Source: Hamiltosporidium tvaerminnensis FI-OER-3-3
Lineage: Eukaryota; Fungi; Microsporidia
Direction of reading: 5' to 3'
Assembly: GCA_022605425.2 (NCBI GenBank)
Contig: CM061253.1
Span: 744,001-808,000 of the forward strand
Length of the DNA: 64,000 bases
Shown: one piece after another, positions 37,615 to 52,124 of the stretch
Layout: every line of letters starts with the position of its first letter
How positions within the stretch are numbered: position 1 is the stretch's first letter
Notes under the pieces: model-generated
Database searches by the model: none
What the model was told of the DNA's origin: nothing
Seen by the model: the letters and a program-made list of their open reading frames with translations, nothing else
Position numbers and translations under genes: made by a program

Positions 37615-38841
37615 ATGAATTTAATATGTTTTTGGTTTATTCGAGGTTTATATTTTTTGGAGGTTCTTTACGCAGCACTTATACCGTTTTCTAATACAAA
37701 CGGTCGAAAGAAAATAGAAGAAACCTATTTACACTTTTTAAGTTGCAGAATATATAAATATTATTCATATACTGATATAGAATATCTTTCAAGTGGTGGA
37801 TATGGCCATATATTAAAAGCTACATATATTGCGACTAGAGAAACCGTGGTAATTAAAGTAGCAAAATCAAATGAATATCAAATTTCTCTTACAAATGAAA
37901 AGAGTTTTTTGGATAAATTGAATCATCTAAATATTATAAAATATATTCGGGAAATAAAAATTAATAATAAAACATGTTTGGTATTTCCATTCTATGAAAA
38001 TACCTTAGAATCAGCATTTTTACATAAATTTTTTGATGACAATGAAATAAGATTTATACTTAAACAAATTTTAGATGCTTTAAGGTATATGCATAATAAA
38101 GGAATAATACACAACGATATCAAACCCGGAAATGTTTTACTCCAAGGCAAAGGATGTGTTAAAATTATAGACTTTGGTATAAGCTGTAACGTAAATAGGC
38201 CAATAAAAATATTTGAAGGTTATGGTAAAAGCGATATCGATCAGAAATTTGAATTCTATTCACCTGAAATTAGAACAAATGATCTATATAACGAAAAAAG
38301 CGATATGTGGAGTTTTGGATATATAATTAGGTATTTAAAGTACAAAAATAAATGGAAATCGATATACGAATTGGCATTTAAAGTTCAAGATTATTCTCAT
38401 TTTATTTCATTTTTTATAAATAATGAATCCGATAAAAGAGTAAGTGCATCAACTGCACTCATGAGTAACTTTTTTGAAGGTTTTTATGAATTTATTTTTT
38501 GTTTTTGTTCAATTAAAGACCAATCTATTTGCGGACCAGAATATAAATTTTCCAAATTTGATAATAGACTTCATATTACCAATAACAAATTAAATATTGT
38601 GTTTTATTGTGGTTGTAGTGTTGAAGCGAAAAGTTTTTGCTCTGAAAAAATAATTCAAGCCAAGAGAAAAGATATGGTATTTTTTAACTCAGATCATTCG
38701 CAATATTTTAGTTTTGGAAACCACTGCAGTTTTATGATAATAATTGACACTCGTTTTTATTTATTATGCGAATTAAATATGAGCGAATTGGAATGTTTAC
38801 AAGTGATTTTTCAATATCTTAGGATTAACACTATGAAATAG
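37615..38841 (+). CDS. Ser/Thr protein kinase paralog 1, putative signal peptide
   Basis: SSGGYG, VVIK, HNDIKPGN, DFG, YSPE, DMWSFG; hydrophobic N-terminus; Cys-containing C-terminal domain. Confidence 0.92.
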   Translation: MNLICFWFIRGLYFLEVLYAALIPFSNTNGRKKIEETYLHFLSCRIYKYYSYTDIEYLSSGGYGHILKATYIATRETVVIKVAKSNEYQISLTNEKSFLDKLNHLNIIKYIREIKINNKTCLVFPFYENTLESAFLHKFFDDNEIRFILKQILDALRYMHNKGIIHNDIKPGNVLLQGKGCVKIIDFGISCNVNRPIKIFEGYGKSDIDQKFEFYSPEIRTNDLYNEKSDMWSFGYIIRYLKYKNKWKSIYELAFKVQDYSHFISFFINNESDKRVSASTALMSNFFEGFYEFIFCFCSIKDQSICGPEYKFSKFDNRLHITNNKLNIVFYCGCSVEAKSFCSEKIIQAKRKDMVFFNSDHSQYFSFGNHCSFMIIIDTRFYLLCELNMSELECLQVIFQYLRINTMK

Positions 38842-40149
38842 TTATTTAAATTAATTCATTAAAACCGATTTTTTACGAGTCTATTTGAAATGATTTAAAG
38901 CCAATTTTTTTTTCCATATCTAAGTTACAATAAATATTTGATTGCATTTAAATGATATTTACAATATTATAAGTATAATGATTAGACTTTGGCAAAACTT
39001 TGTCAAACAGAATTAACTACTACTAATTAGTGCTACAGCTTTTAAAGAGGCCAAGCTCATAAATATTGTTTTAATTTTTATCATTTGGTTTCAGTTTCGT
39101 AGAAATATGGTTTTGTGAGATAAGCGTTTTAGCCCTATATCCACCCTTCTCTTTATCCGGACTTAGGACTTGCAGAGCAAAACTCATCGTATCTCTGGCG
39201 GAGTTAAAACAGAATAGAATATAAGATGTTTATTATAAGAAAATAATCAAAATGTGGTATCTTTGAGCCCTATTACGGTAATATAGAAATCGAACAATTT
39301 TTTTTTGAGTGCGATTATGTGGTATGTTCCCCTGTTGTATTACTGATATATCTCAGAAAAAAGATATAATGTGTGCTCATATATACCTAGATTGAAGATT
39401 ATAAGACACTTTCGGTTTGAAAGAAAATCAGAAAATATATTGTCTGACTTTTGAATTATTCGGAATCAAATAAAAAAATATCTATCAGAAATTCAGTAGA
39501 TATTAAAATTTAACAGAATAATAAAAAACATCATAAAGTAATAGTACTTTTTTCCTGGTAAAAGATAGTTGTAATAAAAAGATCAATAAAAAGTTATTGA
39601 AAAACTTAACTACAAAATATATTTTACGATTTAAAAAAAGGAATTGGAGACAAGGTAAAAAATCTAGCAAAATTAATTATAAGTATTGTTATTTCTCCAA
39701 TAGCCTGGGAAATTGAGAACAAAATAATATGATAAAGTAAACTTTTGTTGGTATTAATGTTTAAATAAATGTTTTAATACAATAAAACCTTTCAATATTG
39801 TGGAAATAGCAGAAAATCGGTAGAGTATTTACCAAAAACAAAATGTCCTGGTATTAATATATAAGAATTTATAATGGTTTAATTAGGTATTTATTCCTGT
39901 CTTTTTCAATATATATACTTGCGATTTACAACGAAAGAGCGCTTATATTCAAGAAACATTAAAAATAGAATATGCGGAAATATGAGTAGATACATGAATA
40001 AAAACCAATTATTTATAAATCATTAAAAACATATATTTATTTTGGATAAGAAATAAAATTAAAACATTCATATAGCTAAGGAAACATTTCGATTCGCGCA
40101 TATTCCTGAAATAAAGAAATCCAAAACTACGAAATATAAGCAAAGACTA

Positions 40150-41650
40150 TTGATCTTATTAAGTGTATAGTATAGAGAAGATCCCTTATTTGATAAATAG
40201 AGACAGTTTCGTAACAAGACATCATGAAAACGAGTCTAAATAGCCCCATGTATAAATAGAAAGACGATTTTGCTTCGGTAAATATTATTCAAATGACAGG
40301 CGAAACATTTCTGTTTATTGAGGAAAATATTCGTACTCAAGTAAAAATTCAACTTAGATCTATAAAGTGCATAGTTGAGGCTATGCAAAGAGCTAAGTAA
40401 GGCGTAAAACGTTTACTTACAGTATAATACTCTTTAATAATAAGAAGGATTATAGAACAGCAGTAAAATTAATGAACTCAACTGTAACTATAATGACTGA
40501 AATTGTGGAATTTGGTCTAGATAAAAGACTTGGTAAGTAAAAAACGGAAAGAATCAGAATCAAGCCCTCTTATATAAGAGGGAAAAATAAATTATATCAA
40601 ATAAATTTTATTTTTAAGCATGAGCCTATCAAAGTCATTTTATGATTAAAATAGAAAATAATTCCTCTTTTAGAACATTTCTATCTAATAATTCTAAATA
40701 AAATAACAGAATATATAGAAAGAATATACTCTGGAATAAAATAAAGCAAGAATGATAAATATTTGGTTATTTACATATTTATTCGAGTTATTTGTTAAAT
40801 CCTGGTATTGTTGATTAAACAAACATATTTGTATATCAAGCATTTTGGTGAAAGAAGAATTCTTACAAAAGAAATTATAATAAATCCCACTTTCAAAGTT
40901 ATATAACGAAATCGAAAACCGAAAAATTCACTCAAAATTATATAATGCAAGCGAAATTAACCTTGAAACTGTTTGTAAGTCTTCAAAATGGCTAAAGAAA
41001 GGAACATTGGCTTACTGGATAAAACAGTGTTCAGCTATATTCAAAGTAGAAATGTATTCTAGAGACTAGAAGATATGTGCAGCTTGGAAATATATCTGGT
41101 ACTTCAAGAAGATCAAGTAGCGAATCAATGTGAGAATAATTTTGATCATGACCATAACAGAAAGAATGTTGAAATGTTTTGAAGCCCAGATCTGCTTCTA
41201 CTAAATATATTCAAGTTTAAGTCATTAAAACATGCAGGACCAGTCAGTTTGAGGCACAATTGAAAATGAATATTCAGAAATTAGAGTTTATACCAGAATA
41301 AAAACGGATGTCAAGATTCTGAACAAATAATTCGATTTATTTATTTCAAAAAAAAGAAGAAATAGGGTAAAGCTCGGTATTTTAGGAATTAATTACGAAG
41401 ACTTACTTCAAATGATTGAAATTGAATAACTAAGAAGTATGGCTTATAAGCAATGATATACGTCTTTTTAATGAATGTAATATTGAAATACTCTATTTTA
41501 TGAAGACTTGGAACGTTACTGTGACAAAATACTATAAAGATTACCTTAAAAGAGAAGAAATATTCATAAATGTGGAGGCATATAATCCGTCGATATACTT
41601 ATAAATACAGTCGAAACAATTTCCTTTGAACGACAAAAAACCTAATTTAA
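40150..41650 (+). mobile_element. Degraded REL-type non-LTR retrotransposon (RT C-terminus plus endonuclease)
   Basis: SSKWLKKGNI, VFSYIQSRNVF, ENEYSEIRVYTRIKTDVKILN, KRRNRVKLGILGINYEDLLQMIEIE fragments with many stops. Confidence 0.75.
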
Positions 41651-44453
41651 AACCAAACGTCGAAGTGAGTTGTGAACTAGCGTCAAAGAAAAGGGTGTTA
41701 TTAAGAGAGCCAAGATACCCGAGGAACCAATACTGCTTTAAACAAGCCAGTAGCGAGGAATTATTTATTAATAATTCTACAAATAATATTACACTCTTAT
41801 TTTAGATCGAGAAACATACTAAAGAAACTGTCAATAAAATAAATGAAGATTCCGATTTGAAGAAGAAAATATGGTGTTACAAGAAAATAAGAAAATATAT
41901 AAAAGTGTGATAAACCATTTTAACTCAGAAATCTATCAAATAATCATATGCATTTCTTAGAAAAAAATCTTTGAAAATTTTTTTAAGAAACCAAAAAAAC
42001 CTAAATCCACTTAATTGCGCTGCTGACAATTCTTTTTTTTACATTATCGTCTTCTAATTCTACTATAATATTAATAAGTATTTAAGCTACGATAAAAACC
42101 GAAACATTTTGAAAAGAATAAAACAAAGCGCGTTTGTCTTTGTATTCATATCGACCTTTTATTTTATTAGAACTCTATGATAAATATGGAGTTTTATTAT
42201 GATCTAATTAAACCTTCAAAGTCTATGAGTTTTTTTTATATTTGTAAGAATACTTACATACCTATGCATCAGTTTCAAGATTCTTATCAATATCAAAGCC
42301 ATGGGTGTAGAAGTTAAAGCAAAATAGGAGAATAATTGACTAACTTATACATTTCAGATGTAATCTCTAAATTCCACTGTGTATATTTTCAATTATTATC
42401 ATTATAAGCTTATACTTCATAACCAATTTTGTCAAAAAATACAAAGTCTTTGTTTATTTTGTGTCAATATATCACCCAAAACCAGCTTAATAAACGCGAA
42501 TTGTACAAAAAAAGCTGAAAATGAGATATTTCTTGAGACCATGTATTGTTCTATCAACTTCATATAACACCATTGTGAAAATATGCCAAATTTTGAACCA
42601 GGTTCGTATAACTTTTATGTTACCTATCTTTTATTGTTTGATTTCAAAGTTCAAACAATGTCTTCGTGCTTTGAGGTTGCATGGGGTTTCATTCATGATT
42701 TAATGCTAAGATCCCCTAAGAATTTTTCTATCATTTAACTTTTAACTTTTTTACTCATATCAGACTGGATTGCTATTTGGCTATTTAATACTCAAAAAAG
42801 AATGTTAATAGATCTTTTATAGGCCGTGAAGCTGCTTATATCCCCTTAAAACACCTGAGATAACTCTAAAATTGGATGAAATTTAGAACATAATAATACT
42901 CCTTCTTTGGATAAGTCATTCTACAGCGATTTACACAATAAATCAAATTTATGTGTAATATTGTTTCTATGAATTGGCAGGATTATCTGCAAATAATCTA
43001 ATCTACTATGTTTCTGGCATATTTTAGATATTCACTGCTCATTATGCTTTAGAAATTTCATAATATTTTTGTTTAATAACCAATTATTTATGAATTCGCA
43101 ATGCGCTAATAGTGATTTGTCTTAATAATATGTTGAATTAACATCATTTACAAATCATAAAACAACCTTCCGCATTTTTCCAACGCTCTTTTAAGCAACG
43201 AATATCACAAGGCATTGTGATTGATTTGAATTTCTTCTCATAATATTTTTTTTATTATGTTAAGTTTAAGTATCTAGTAATCAGCTGGTCTTACAAAAAA
43301 GCACCTGAAATATAGTTATCTTCTTTGTTTTGACAACCCAAAACCTTGAAACCTGACTTACATTGTTTTCTATTAATAATAATCTATAAATTTCGGAAGA
43401 AATATGAAATTAAGATTTATATTGATTTTAAAAGCATATTCATTGGTATAGAACATTTAAGCCAAAATTTGGTTGCTTGCAATTTGCTATCGAGCTTCAA
43501 AGCATTTAATCAACCTATAATTTAAAAAAAATATAGAATGTAGTAAAATTTTGCACTGTAATTATTTGTATATAGATTGTCTATCCTTCGTTTAGATATA
43601 AAGGCTATAATAAGACAGTTTTTTTATGGGTAATACAAGTGGAGCAATGCATGGTGAAGAAAATACGAAATAATCTGAAATTTTAGGATAGAAGGATAGA
43701 GTAAATAACATATATCTATTGTTAAAAAATGTGTTAATAATATATAAAAGTATGTAGGAATTAACGGGTGTGTATAAGGCAAACAGTGCACTTTGGGCCT
43801 TGAACATTTATTTCCTAATGTAACTTCTAATTTCCATTAAAAATTTCGAGACATATAATTGGTCTTAAATTATAAATTTAAAGTTTTAAAAAAAATATTT
43901 CCTATTTGTCAATATTTTTAAGATTACTATTTTTCAGAAAACTTCATGTCCGTGAAAAAATAAAGCTAAGAAATATTTCATGCAAAGTAGAATGCTAACT
44001 ATAATAAAATAAAAAATTCTCATATAAAATGAAATGAGTTGATATTTTGCAAATAAATTCTATATGTGTTTTAGATAAATTTACTTGTAATATTATTCTG
44101 TCATATAAGAAGTTCGGATTTTTAAATCCGATAATACAACATATTTAAATCATAGATCTTATTATCAAAATATAAATTGTATATACAATTGAAGATAATT
44201 TAGTTTATAGGAATATAATCCAAGTATTAAAATATTACATTTATTCATAATCTTCTGCAGTGAAACAAATTTGAGATGATACTGAAGTTTGATAAATAGC
44301 TTTTTCTATATAGAATTTTTTGTAGTCTAATGTGTATTCTGAAAAATTTGATTGTAAAAAAATTCTAAAAAATGTCAAATAAAAAATAGAATATTCGAGA
44401 TTTTAAAATATAGATTTTTTTCAAATATAAAATGAAATTCAAATCACCATACA

Positions 44454-45680
44454 ATGAATTTCAATCGTTTATGCCTTTTTATATATTTATATATTCCAAA
44501 TTTTCTCTACGCAACATTTACGAATATTTTGCCTAAAGATGGTGAAGAAAGAAGGCGCGATATTAATTTTACATTGTTAAGTCTCGAAATAATCGCAAAT
44601 TATCCATATAAAAATATAGAATATCTTGCGAGCGGTGGATATAGTTACATATTCAAAGCTACTGATGTTTTCAATGGTGAAACTGTAGTAATAAAAATAC
44701 CAAAATCGGAGAAAGATCAAATTTCTCTTCCTACCGAGAAAGAGTTTTTGGATAATTGTGATCATCCAAATATCATAAAATGCAATCGTGAAATAGAAAT
44801 AAATAATAAATCATGTCTGGTGTTACCTTTCTATGAAGATACCTTAGAATCAGTATTTTTAAACGATTCTTTGGATGACAATGACATAAGATTTATTCTC
44901 AAACAAATTTTAGATGCTTTAAAACATTTACATAGTAAAGGAAAAATACATAACGACATAAAAAGGAATAATATTTTACTTAAAGACAAAAAATTTGTGA
45001 AAATTATTGATTTTGGTTTGAGCTGTAGAACGAATGAATTAATACACATATTCGAAGGTTATGATTCAAATGAAATAGAGAAAATACCCGATTTTTATTC
45101 ACCTGAAATGAAAAGAAACGAGCCATTAAACGAAAAAAGCGATATGTGGAGTCTTGGATACATCGTTAAATATTTAAAACAGAAAATTAGGTGGATTTCA
45201 CTGTACGAAGAAATGTTCAAATCTTCAGATTATTCCAATTTTGTGTCATGTTTTCTAAATAACGAAGCTGAGAAGAGAATAAGTGCATCAACTGCACTTA
45301 TGAGTAATTTTTTTGAAGGTTTTTATGAATTTATGTATTGTTTTTGCAAAATTAAAGATCAATCTTTTAGCACACCCGGATATACATTTTTTAAACTAAA
45401 AAATCGACTTCATATTAATTATTACGAATATAATATTATCATTTATTGTGGTTGTAGTATTGAAGCAAAAAACTTTTGCAGTGAAAAAATAGTTCAAGCC
45501 AAAACCAAGGATATATCATTTTTCAACTCAGATAATTCGCAATATTTTAATTTTGGTGTACATTGTACTTATATGATAAAGATTAACTCCGCTTATTATT
45601 TATTATGTGAATTGAATGTGTTTGAATTAGAAAATTTAAGCCGGATTTTTAAATATTTTATAGAGAATATTTTAAAGTAA
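44454..45680 (+). CDS. Ser/Thr protein kinase paralog 2, putative signal peptide
   Basis: ASGGYS, VVIK, HNDIKRNN, DFG, YSPE, DMWSLG; same length (408 aa) as paralog 1. Confidence 0.92.
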   Translation: MNFNRLCLFIYLYIPNFLYATFTNILPKDGEERRRDINFTLLSLEIIANYPYKNIEYLASGGYSYIFKATDVFNGETVVIKIPKSEKDQISLPTEKEFLDNCDHPNIIKCNREIEINNKSCLVLPFYEDTLESVFLNDSLDDNDIRFILKQILDALKHLHSKGKIHNDIKRNNILLKDKKFVKIIDFGLSCRTNELIHIFEGYDSNEIEKIPDFYSPEMKRNEPLNEKSDMWSLGYIVKYLKQKIRWISLYEEMFKSSDYSNFVSCFLNNEAEKRISASTALMSNFFEGFYEFMYCFCKIKDQSFSTPGYTFFKLKNRLHINYYEYNIIIYCGCSIEAKNFCSEKIVQAKTKDISFFNSDNSQYFNFGVHCTYMIKINSAYYLLCELNVFELENLSRIFKYFIENILK

Positions 45681-46899
45681 TTCAAAAGTAAATTTATTAA
45701 AAATAATCTTAAAAATGTTTTTTTTCAAAGTATTTGTAATTTTTATATTTCTCAAATAATATAAATATGGTGGCTCTAATTGTTTGATTTCATTATTGAT
45801 AAATAATGTCTCGGAGATTAAAATTTAAATTATTTTTTACACTGTACCAAACATAAGGAAATTATTTTCTTAATATTGTCTAATCAAATATTTGTTTTAA
45901 AAAAAATGGATTTAGATGAAGTAAATTATTATAAAATTCAATAATAAGTGTTATAAGAAAAAATTAAGCATTCTAGGTTCTAACACTGATTATCTAAAAA
46001 CAATCAAGTATTCAGGATCTTTTCTGCAAAATAAAATGTATAAAAACCTATTTACTTTCTAAATATTTATTTAATATATAATTTAAACGAAGGACACATT
46101 ATTATTATACTCTTGAAAAAAACTAAATTTATCTTTCTTGTAGCTCTCTTATTCATTATTTCTTATTTATACAATATACTCTTCTTAAATATATAATACT
46201 TGTTTCTGTAACAGGATGCATATAATATTTTGGTTAATAATCCATTAGTTAAAACTCCACCAATCTTGTATCCCATTATATTTTTGTTTTCGATACTCAA
46301 CCAACTTTTTAAGTCTGAAGAAGATGGTGTTGTTTATTTTTAAAAACATGAGTATTTAAAACACTTGCGTTTTAAATCAATAAATATTATTACAAGGAAA
46401 TACATAAAATAAAATTCTTATAGAATTAATATCAGCTTTATGTTTACTAAGAATCTTATTGAATTTTATGAAAATAAAATGAGATGCCCGGTAAATTTTA
46501 ATATTATTAACATTGAAATCTACTTGAATGAACTGAGCAAGTAAAGTTCTAATATCTAAACTTTATATTTCAATGGTTTTAGAGGGTAGGCCTAACCCTC
46601 TGGCCAGATGATTTGTAATATCGAGAAGTGAAATCAAATAATTCGCATCTGCTATTTTTAAAATTTTTTTTGATAAACTAGCATGATTTGAAAAATGAAT
46701 TTATAATTAAAATTTCAGCTATTGAATTTATCTAAATTATAAACCAAACATATTGTATATGAAGTAAAAAATTTATAACTGTAAATTACCAAGTTATTAA
46801 ACAATTTTTAAATAATAGATATGTCACGGGCAATTTAAATTATTGTGCATTATCATAATAACCAAAAGGAATGGGCAATTTGATAAATTTTATATTTCG

Positions 46900-47400
46900 T
46901 TTGAAAATAACTAATATATTGAAGAAAAGGGAGATTTCAGCAAAAAAATCTTGACAAACAAGCTGAAAAAATGCTTAAAATAACCATTTAATATACGCTG
47001 GCGTTAAAAGGGTATCATTGTGAAAGTTTAGGTCTCAGATGTCGATAGAGGTTGCTCTGATGCAAGAAACATTATGGCATTTGTTCTGGAAATAACAGAT
47101 GCCAATCTTCAATTATTAGGCCTCAAACATAAAATCTTGGGCCAAGTTTACGGGAGTTATCAATTTACAATATGCAATTCAAACGTTTTTTTCTGCATTG
47201 AAGAAATTCCAAAAGTTGAGATTTTGTTAAGGGAATGTGCAAGAATGTCATCCAAGACGGAGTGCAAAGGTGATAATCAATCTGGCTAGAAAGTTAGATG
47301 TACATATGACAAATGCAAGTGCCGTAAAGGAAAAAAGCATTGCGACTCAAAATGCTACGAAAAAAAGCTGCCTAATAAATAAAAAGCTTAGATTTGACAT
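46900..47400 (+). mobile_element. Relic C-terminus of a KRBA2/Ginger-like integrase
   Basis: DVDRGCSDARNIMAFVLEIT...KHKIL...QFTICN...LRECAR then Cys-rich KCKCRKGKKHCDSKCY, typical of KRBA2/SCAND3-type integrase tails. Confidence 0.65.
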
Positions 47401-49049
47401 ATTTATTGTTTGTACATTTGCTTTTCGTTATAAGAGCTTTTTTCTATAATTTTTTTTACATTGGTGAAAGTTTCTCTTATTTTTGTATGCTATAAAATAT
47501 TTGTAAAAATTCTCTCAAATTTCCCAATTTTATTGGTCATTATGTATAATGCCCAAAAATTTTACTTACTCTTAACATAAAATTCCAAACAGAATATATT
47601 CGATTGAATAAATAAAAGAAAATCTTATATATTTACTGTCTTAATATATTTTGAATATTTTAAAGAATTAAGATTCAAGAAAATATACTTCTTATTATTT
47701 TTTCTTATAAAACTTTTTTTTTAGAATCCAACTTTTCACATTTCATACTTATATCGTACAAAATATCCTTGAAAGGCTTGGCTTTACACTAATAATCCTC
47801 ATTCATCAGATATTTGCACCAAATTATTAATAGAAACACAATGAGATATTCTGGAATCTCTCTACTAGCATCTATCCATTAATTTTTTAGTGGATTTTAA
47901 TTCTTTTATTATAAAATGTGTCTTTCAAATTTTACAACAGCTCTTTCGCAGATAATTTTCTAAATGCTTAATTACCTTGGTTTCTTATCTTAATACCGAG
48001 ACCATGCTATCTTTATGTCCTATATAACTTAATTCTTTTTAGGCCTCTATCTTCTAATCTAGAATATCGTTGCCTGACTTCTTTGATTAATTTTTCATCC
48101 TTTGTCTAAGCAAACCACACTTTACATGCCATTATTTATTGTTTCAAAACATACATCAATTCGCTCAATCATGAACAATTATATTTGCTTTCTCGCGTTT
48201 AAGCACATTTGAGTTTAGAATCAACAAATTGTAGAGAAAATTCAGTCTTATTGTCTTTTCATTAGATTTGTAGTGTTATTACCACGCTGGTTCGGAAATT
48301 TTTTTAACTATGTAACTCTATAACCTTAAATTTTTATGAGTCTATTCATAAAAAAACTTGCAAATTACTTAGCAGTTGTGAAATTTCAAACATTACGTTC
48401 TCGCTTTCATTCATTTTGATATAAATTCTTTTAATCTGAAGCTATGAGTCAAGAAGCAGTTTCAACTCCTTGTTTTGCGTTGCCTATACTCTGGTCATAC
48501 GCACAAACTACGCATTAAGCCATCCTATCAAATACAGAGCAATTAAGGGTTTTCATCAACTTGAATAACATTTCTTCCAATTTATTGCCATTTCTTACAA
48601 GATTTCATTCCTGTTTTTTTATTCCTCAATACATGTCACAATGTAAAACATTTACTGCGAACGACTATATTTAATTTGCTCAAACTGATCATTTAAATAC
48701 ACCAATAATATTCATAGGAATTACCTGTCTTCTGATGTCTTTATGAATTCATTAAGATCAATAATATTATAGACTTTCCAGTAATAAAAAGCAAATTATT
48801 GGTTCGGGAAGTTACAGTTAGAACATTTTTCGATAATAATTATTTGGCAAACTGCATAATTTCGAAGTTAACAAGCTAAGTTTAAGTATTTTCTACTCAA
48901 AATATTGTCTCTCAGGATATTTTTGTTTGCTAAAATAGAACCCATTTTGGGGAATTTAGAAAATTAAATTCTTTAATTAAATCCATTATTTGGTATCATT
49001 TTTTGTGTAAATCTGTCAAATTAATCCTTCTGGCCATTCGGTCTCTTTC

Positions 49050-49765
49050 TTTTTTAAATCAATATCATATCCTTTGAAAACAACGACAACTGTAATATCC
49101 ATTCGTGACGTTAAAGCAGTTCTAGGTTTAATGTAAATGCTGTTCTCCCAGTACATCACAGAGTCCTCATATAATACTTACATCACCAAGCCTTTCATCT
49201 AAAAGTATTTAGAACCTAATTAATGGGTTAAACGGATACCTGGTGTTCGTTTATAATCATTGCAGGAGCCGAAATCGTAGGTCGAAACCTACCCTGGATT
49301 AGCTTCAGATTAAGCAGCATCTCCACATATTCTCTGGATTTTTGACCTAAAAACATTGAGCTATACATATCTCGGCGACGTACATGGTTCACACAGACAG
49401 TTCAACATCATACCAACAGATATCTTCTGATACTAAGATCTCATGGCTTTTAAATTTTTTGTTTTTTCATCTCGAAGATGTCATATCTTTAACCCAAATG
49501 ACTAAAGCTGGTTTTGCGTGCTTTAACGTGGCAGTTACCTACAAGTTTGATTTTACTTTGCGATCTAGTTATTATAAAAAAAGAAGTTAGGTTTTAAGAC
49601 TGTGATTGCACTGATTTCGTTGATCTTCTCCTTTAATAAACATCAAGGAAATAACAAAAATTTACCGAGGCTTTTTTCTCCTAAAACTAAAGAAAAAAAA
49701 TTTTAAATAAATTTAACCATATCATTGATAAGCCAATTGTTTTTAACTTTGTTATCTTCTATTCA
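49050..49765 (-). mobile_element. Diverged inverted copy of the SINE-like element
   Basis: + strand GCAGTTCTAGGTTTAA, AAGCCTTTCATCTA, TAGAACCTAATTAAT, GTTCGTT, GGCAGTTACCTA match the reverse complement of 52125-52857. Confidence 0.8.
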
Positions 49766-49949
49766 TCAATATTTTATAAATACTTAGAAAATATTTTATT
49801 TACTAAGTTTCCGATTGCAAACTCATTTTAAAACAATTATATATTTTTTTCTACTTCCTAAACCACTAACTTTTATGATGTAAATATAAAATAATCATTT
49901 ATATTTATCTACAGTTCTTGTTGTGTAATTTGTTCCTCTATTAAAGAAT

Positions 49950-50300
49950 AAGGATATAATATTTTTTGTTTTTACGTATTTGACACCATCTTCCTCGTTC
50001 CTAGTCTTTCTTAAAATAGAAGTTGATTGTCGGTGATTTGAATTTTTGTATAACCAGATAAATGCCTTATCAACGCTCTTCGGTGTTTACTTCTGGCTTA
50101 TTTCCTCTTAGTCGATCCAAAAAAATCTTTTGACTTCCTTTTTATGCCTTATCAAGTCGATTCATGCCAATATGCTCATGTATATTTACAGTCTCTCTGA
50201 AAACAAAGCTATGTTCTAGAAATTATGCAATATGAAACACAGACGAAAATTTAATATTTTTAGCCAAATTATTGACATGCACACTAAAGTTGACTCATTG
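49950..50300 (-). mobile_element. Possible integrase HHCC-region relic
   Basis: Minus-strand translation HEHIGMNRLDKA; heavily degraded. Confidence 0.35.
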
Positions 50301-52124
50301 TAACAAAAATGATTTTATAACTAGATAATTTAAATAAAAATTGATCATTTACTTTACCGAATACATACCGAGGTCAAAACTGGATATAATTTATGTTTTT
50401 GGTGATTACATTTGTGTTTACAAAAGTTTTGTTATTACCTAGTTTAAGCACGACATTATATTTGTCCAGTTTTTATCTTTCAACACCTAGTATCAGATAA
50501 ATAGATATTGAAGTGAGCTTTTAAAATGTTCCAAATAAGGTAAATTAGAAAACCTTACCTTTTTCTGTTCCGAAGATATCTTCATGGGTATTTTACAGCA
50601 ATTTGTTCCCTTATCTTATTTGTTATTATGTAACAATGTAAAGCTCTATAATAAATTTTTATTTTATCTTTTTAATACAGTTTTTGGTGTATTTTCGAGG
50701 ATTTCAATTCCGAATCTATAGTATTTAATAGTTAAAGATTCCGGATGGTTTTATTGCTCAGAAATTTCAACTTAGGTAATTTTTATTGTTTATAAAGTTT
50801 TTAGAGAGGATTTGAACAGAAATTAAAACATGAATTTGTTTTAACTAAGATAAAAATAAAATATTATTTAACTGATAAAAAATGCGCTTTCATAGTGTTA
50901 TTGCTAAAAAAATAATTTAATAAAAAAAATCAAAAGCTACGAGTTCATAAAACAAAAAATTGTTTAGAAAAACACAAAAACATTTATAAAAAAGCACTTT
51001 ATGACGAAAGGTTTTAAAATGGCATTAGATACACAATATATTCGCTATATGTTCACAAATATGGCAAAGATAATATTAAAAAATTAAAAATTCCTTTATA
51101 TTGATCAAGATGAAGAAATAAATGAATAAATAGCAAATTTCTTACTCTACTTGAGATATCAATCAAACGGGAGAATATTTCTATAATACACACTGATTTA
51201 CAATATCTGAGAATTCATGCAACAGATCGTGTTGATCTAAGAAATCCTGCGAATGAAAATTCCAAATATGAGTGAATTGTAATTAGTACAGATTGTAATT
51301 TAAAACTTTTTTTCATTTGTATTGAAAAATAAAACATCCTAATTATAGTGCCTGCCTCAAAGGGAATATTAAATATTAACGCGCCTCGAATACTTTAAAA
51401 AGCGATAACGATAATTCCCAATTTCGTTGTTATATAATTTCTAAGTTTGCATGGAGTAAGGGTTGAATGAGAAAGGCCATGTTGAAATAATGCATTAAAT
51501 GGTGTTAAGAAAAATTGCTAAGAGATTTCTGGTTTCGAAGAGGTTGAAATTTTTGATAAGATTGTATCAGAATAACATATATCTTGAAGTAAGCAGATAA
51601 TATACCACTAGTGCAGACATTTCGAGTTCGGACAGGTATATAATAGTGCCTTCCGTCACCAATTCAAAATACGGAAGAATTTTCCGAATCAATTGAAGAC
51701 AAATCAGTCCTTAAATATAATTTAGAATTTACAGAAGAAACAAACTATATACCAATATAGTAACGTAAAACCGCAAATCAAAATGATTAGCAACGAAACA
51801 ATTGATATGATATGTAGATACATTTAATTTCAAGAACATTCAAAGACTCCGATGTTTATTACCATTATATCGCATTTAATCCGAGGGAACATGATACTTA
51901 TTTGAAGATCTTTCGATAAAAATCAATTCACACGAAAAAATAAAATAGAGAGGTTGCATGAAAAAATGAAGTTATTTGTTATAAATAAAAGACTGGTTCT
52001 ATTTTTTTAGAGTCACCTTCGAAAAGGATTCAGGTTTCTTAAAAATTATTTCTAAAAACAGATTGAAGAAACAAAAAAATCAAGTATCGTTCGTTATTAT
52101 TATTTATTTCTTTATATTTATTTG

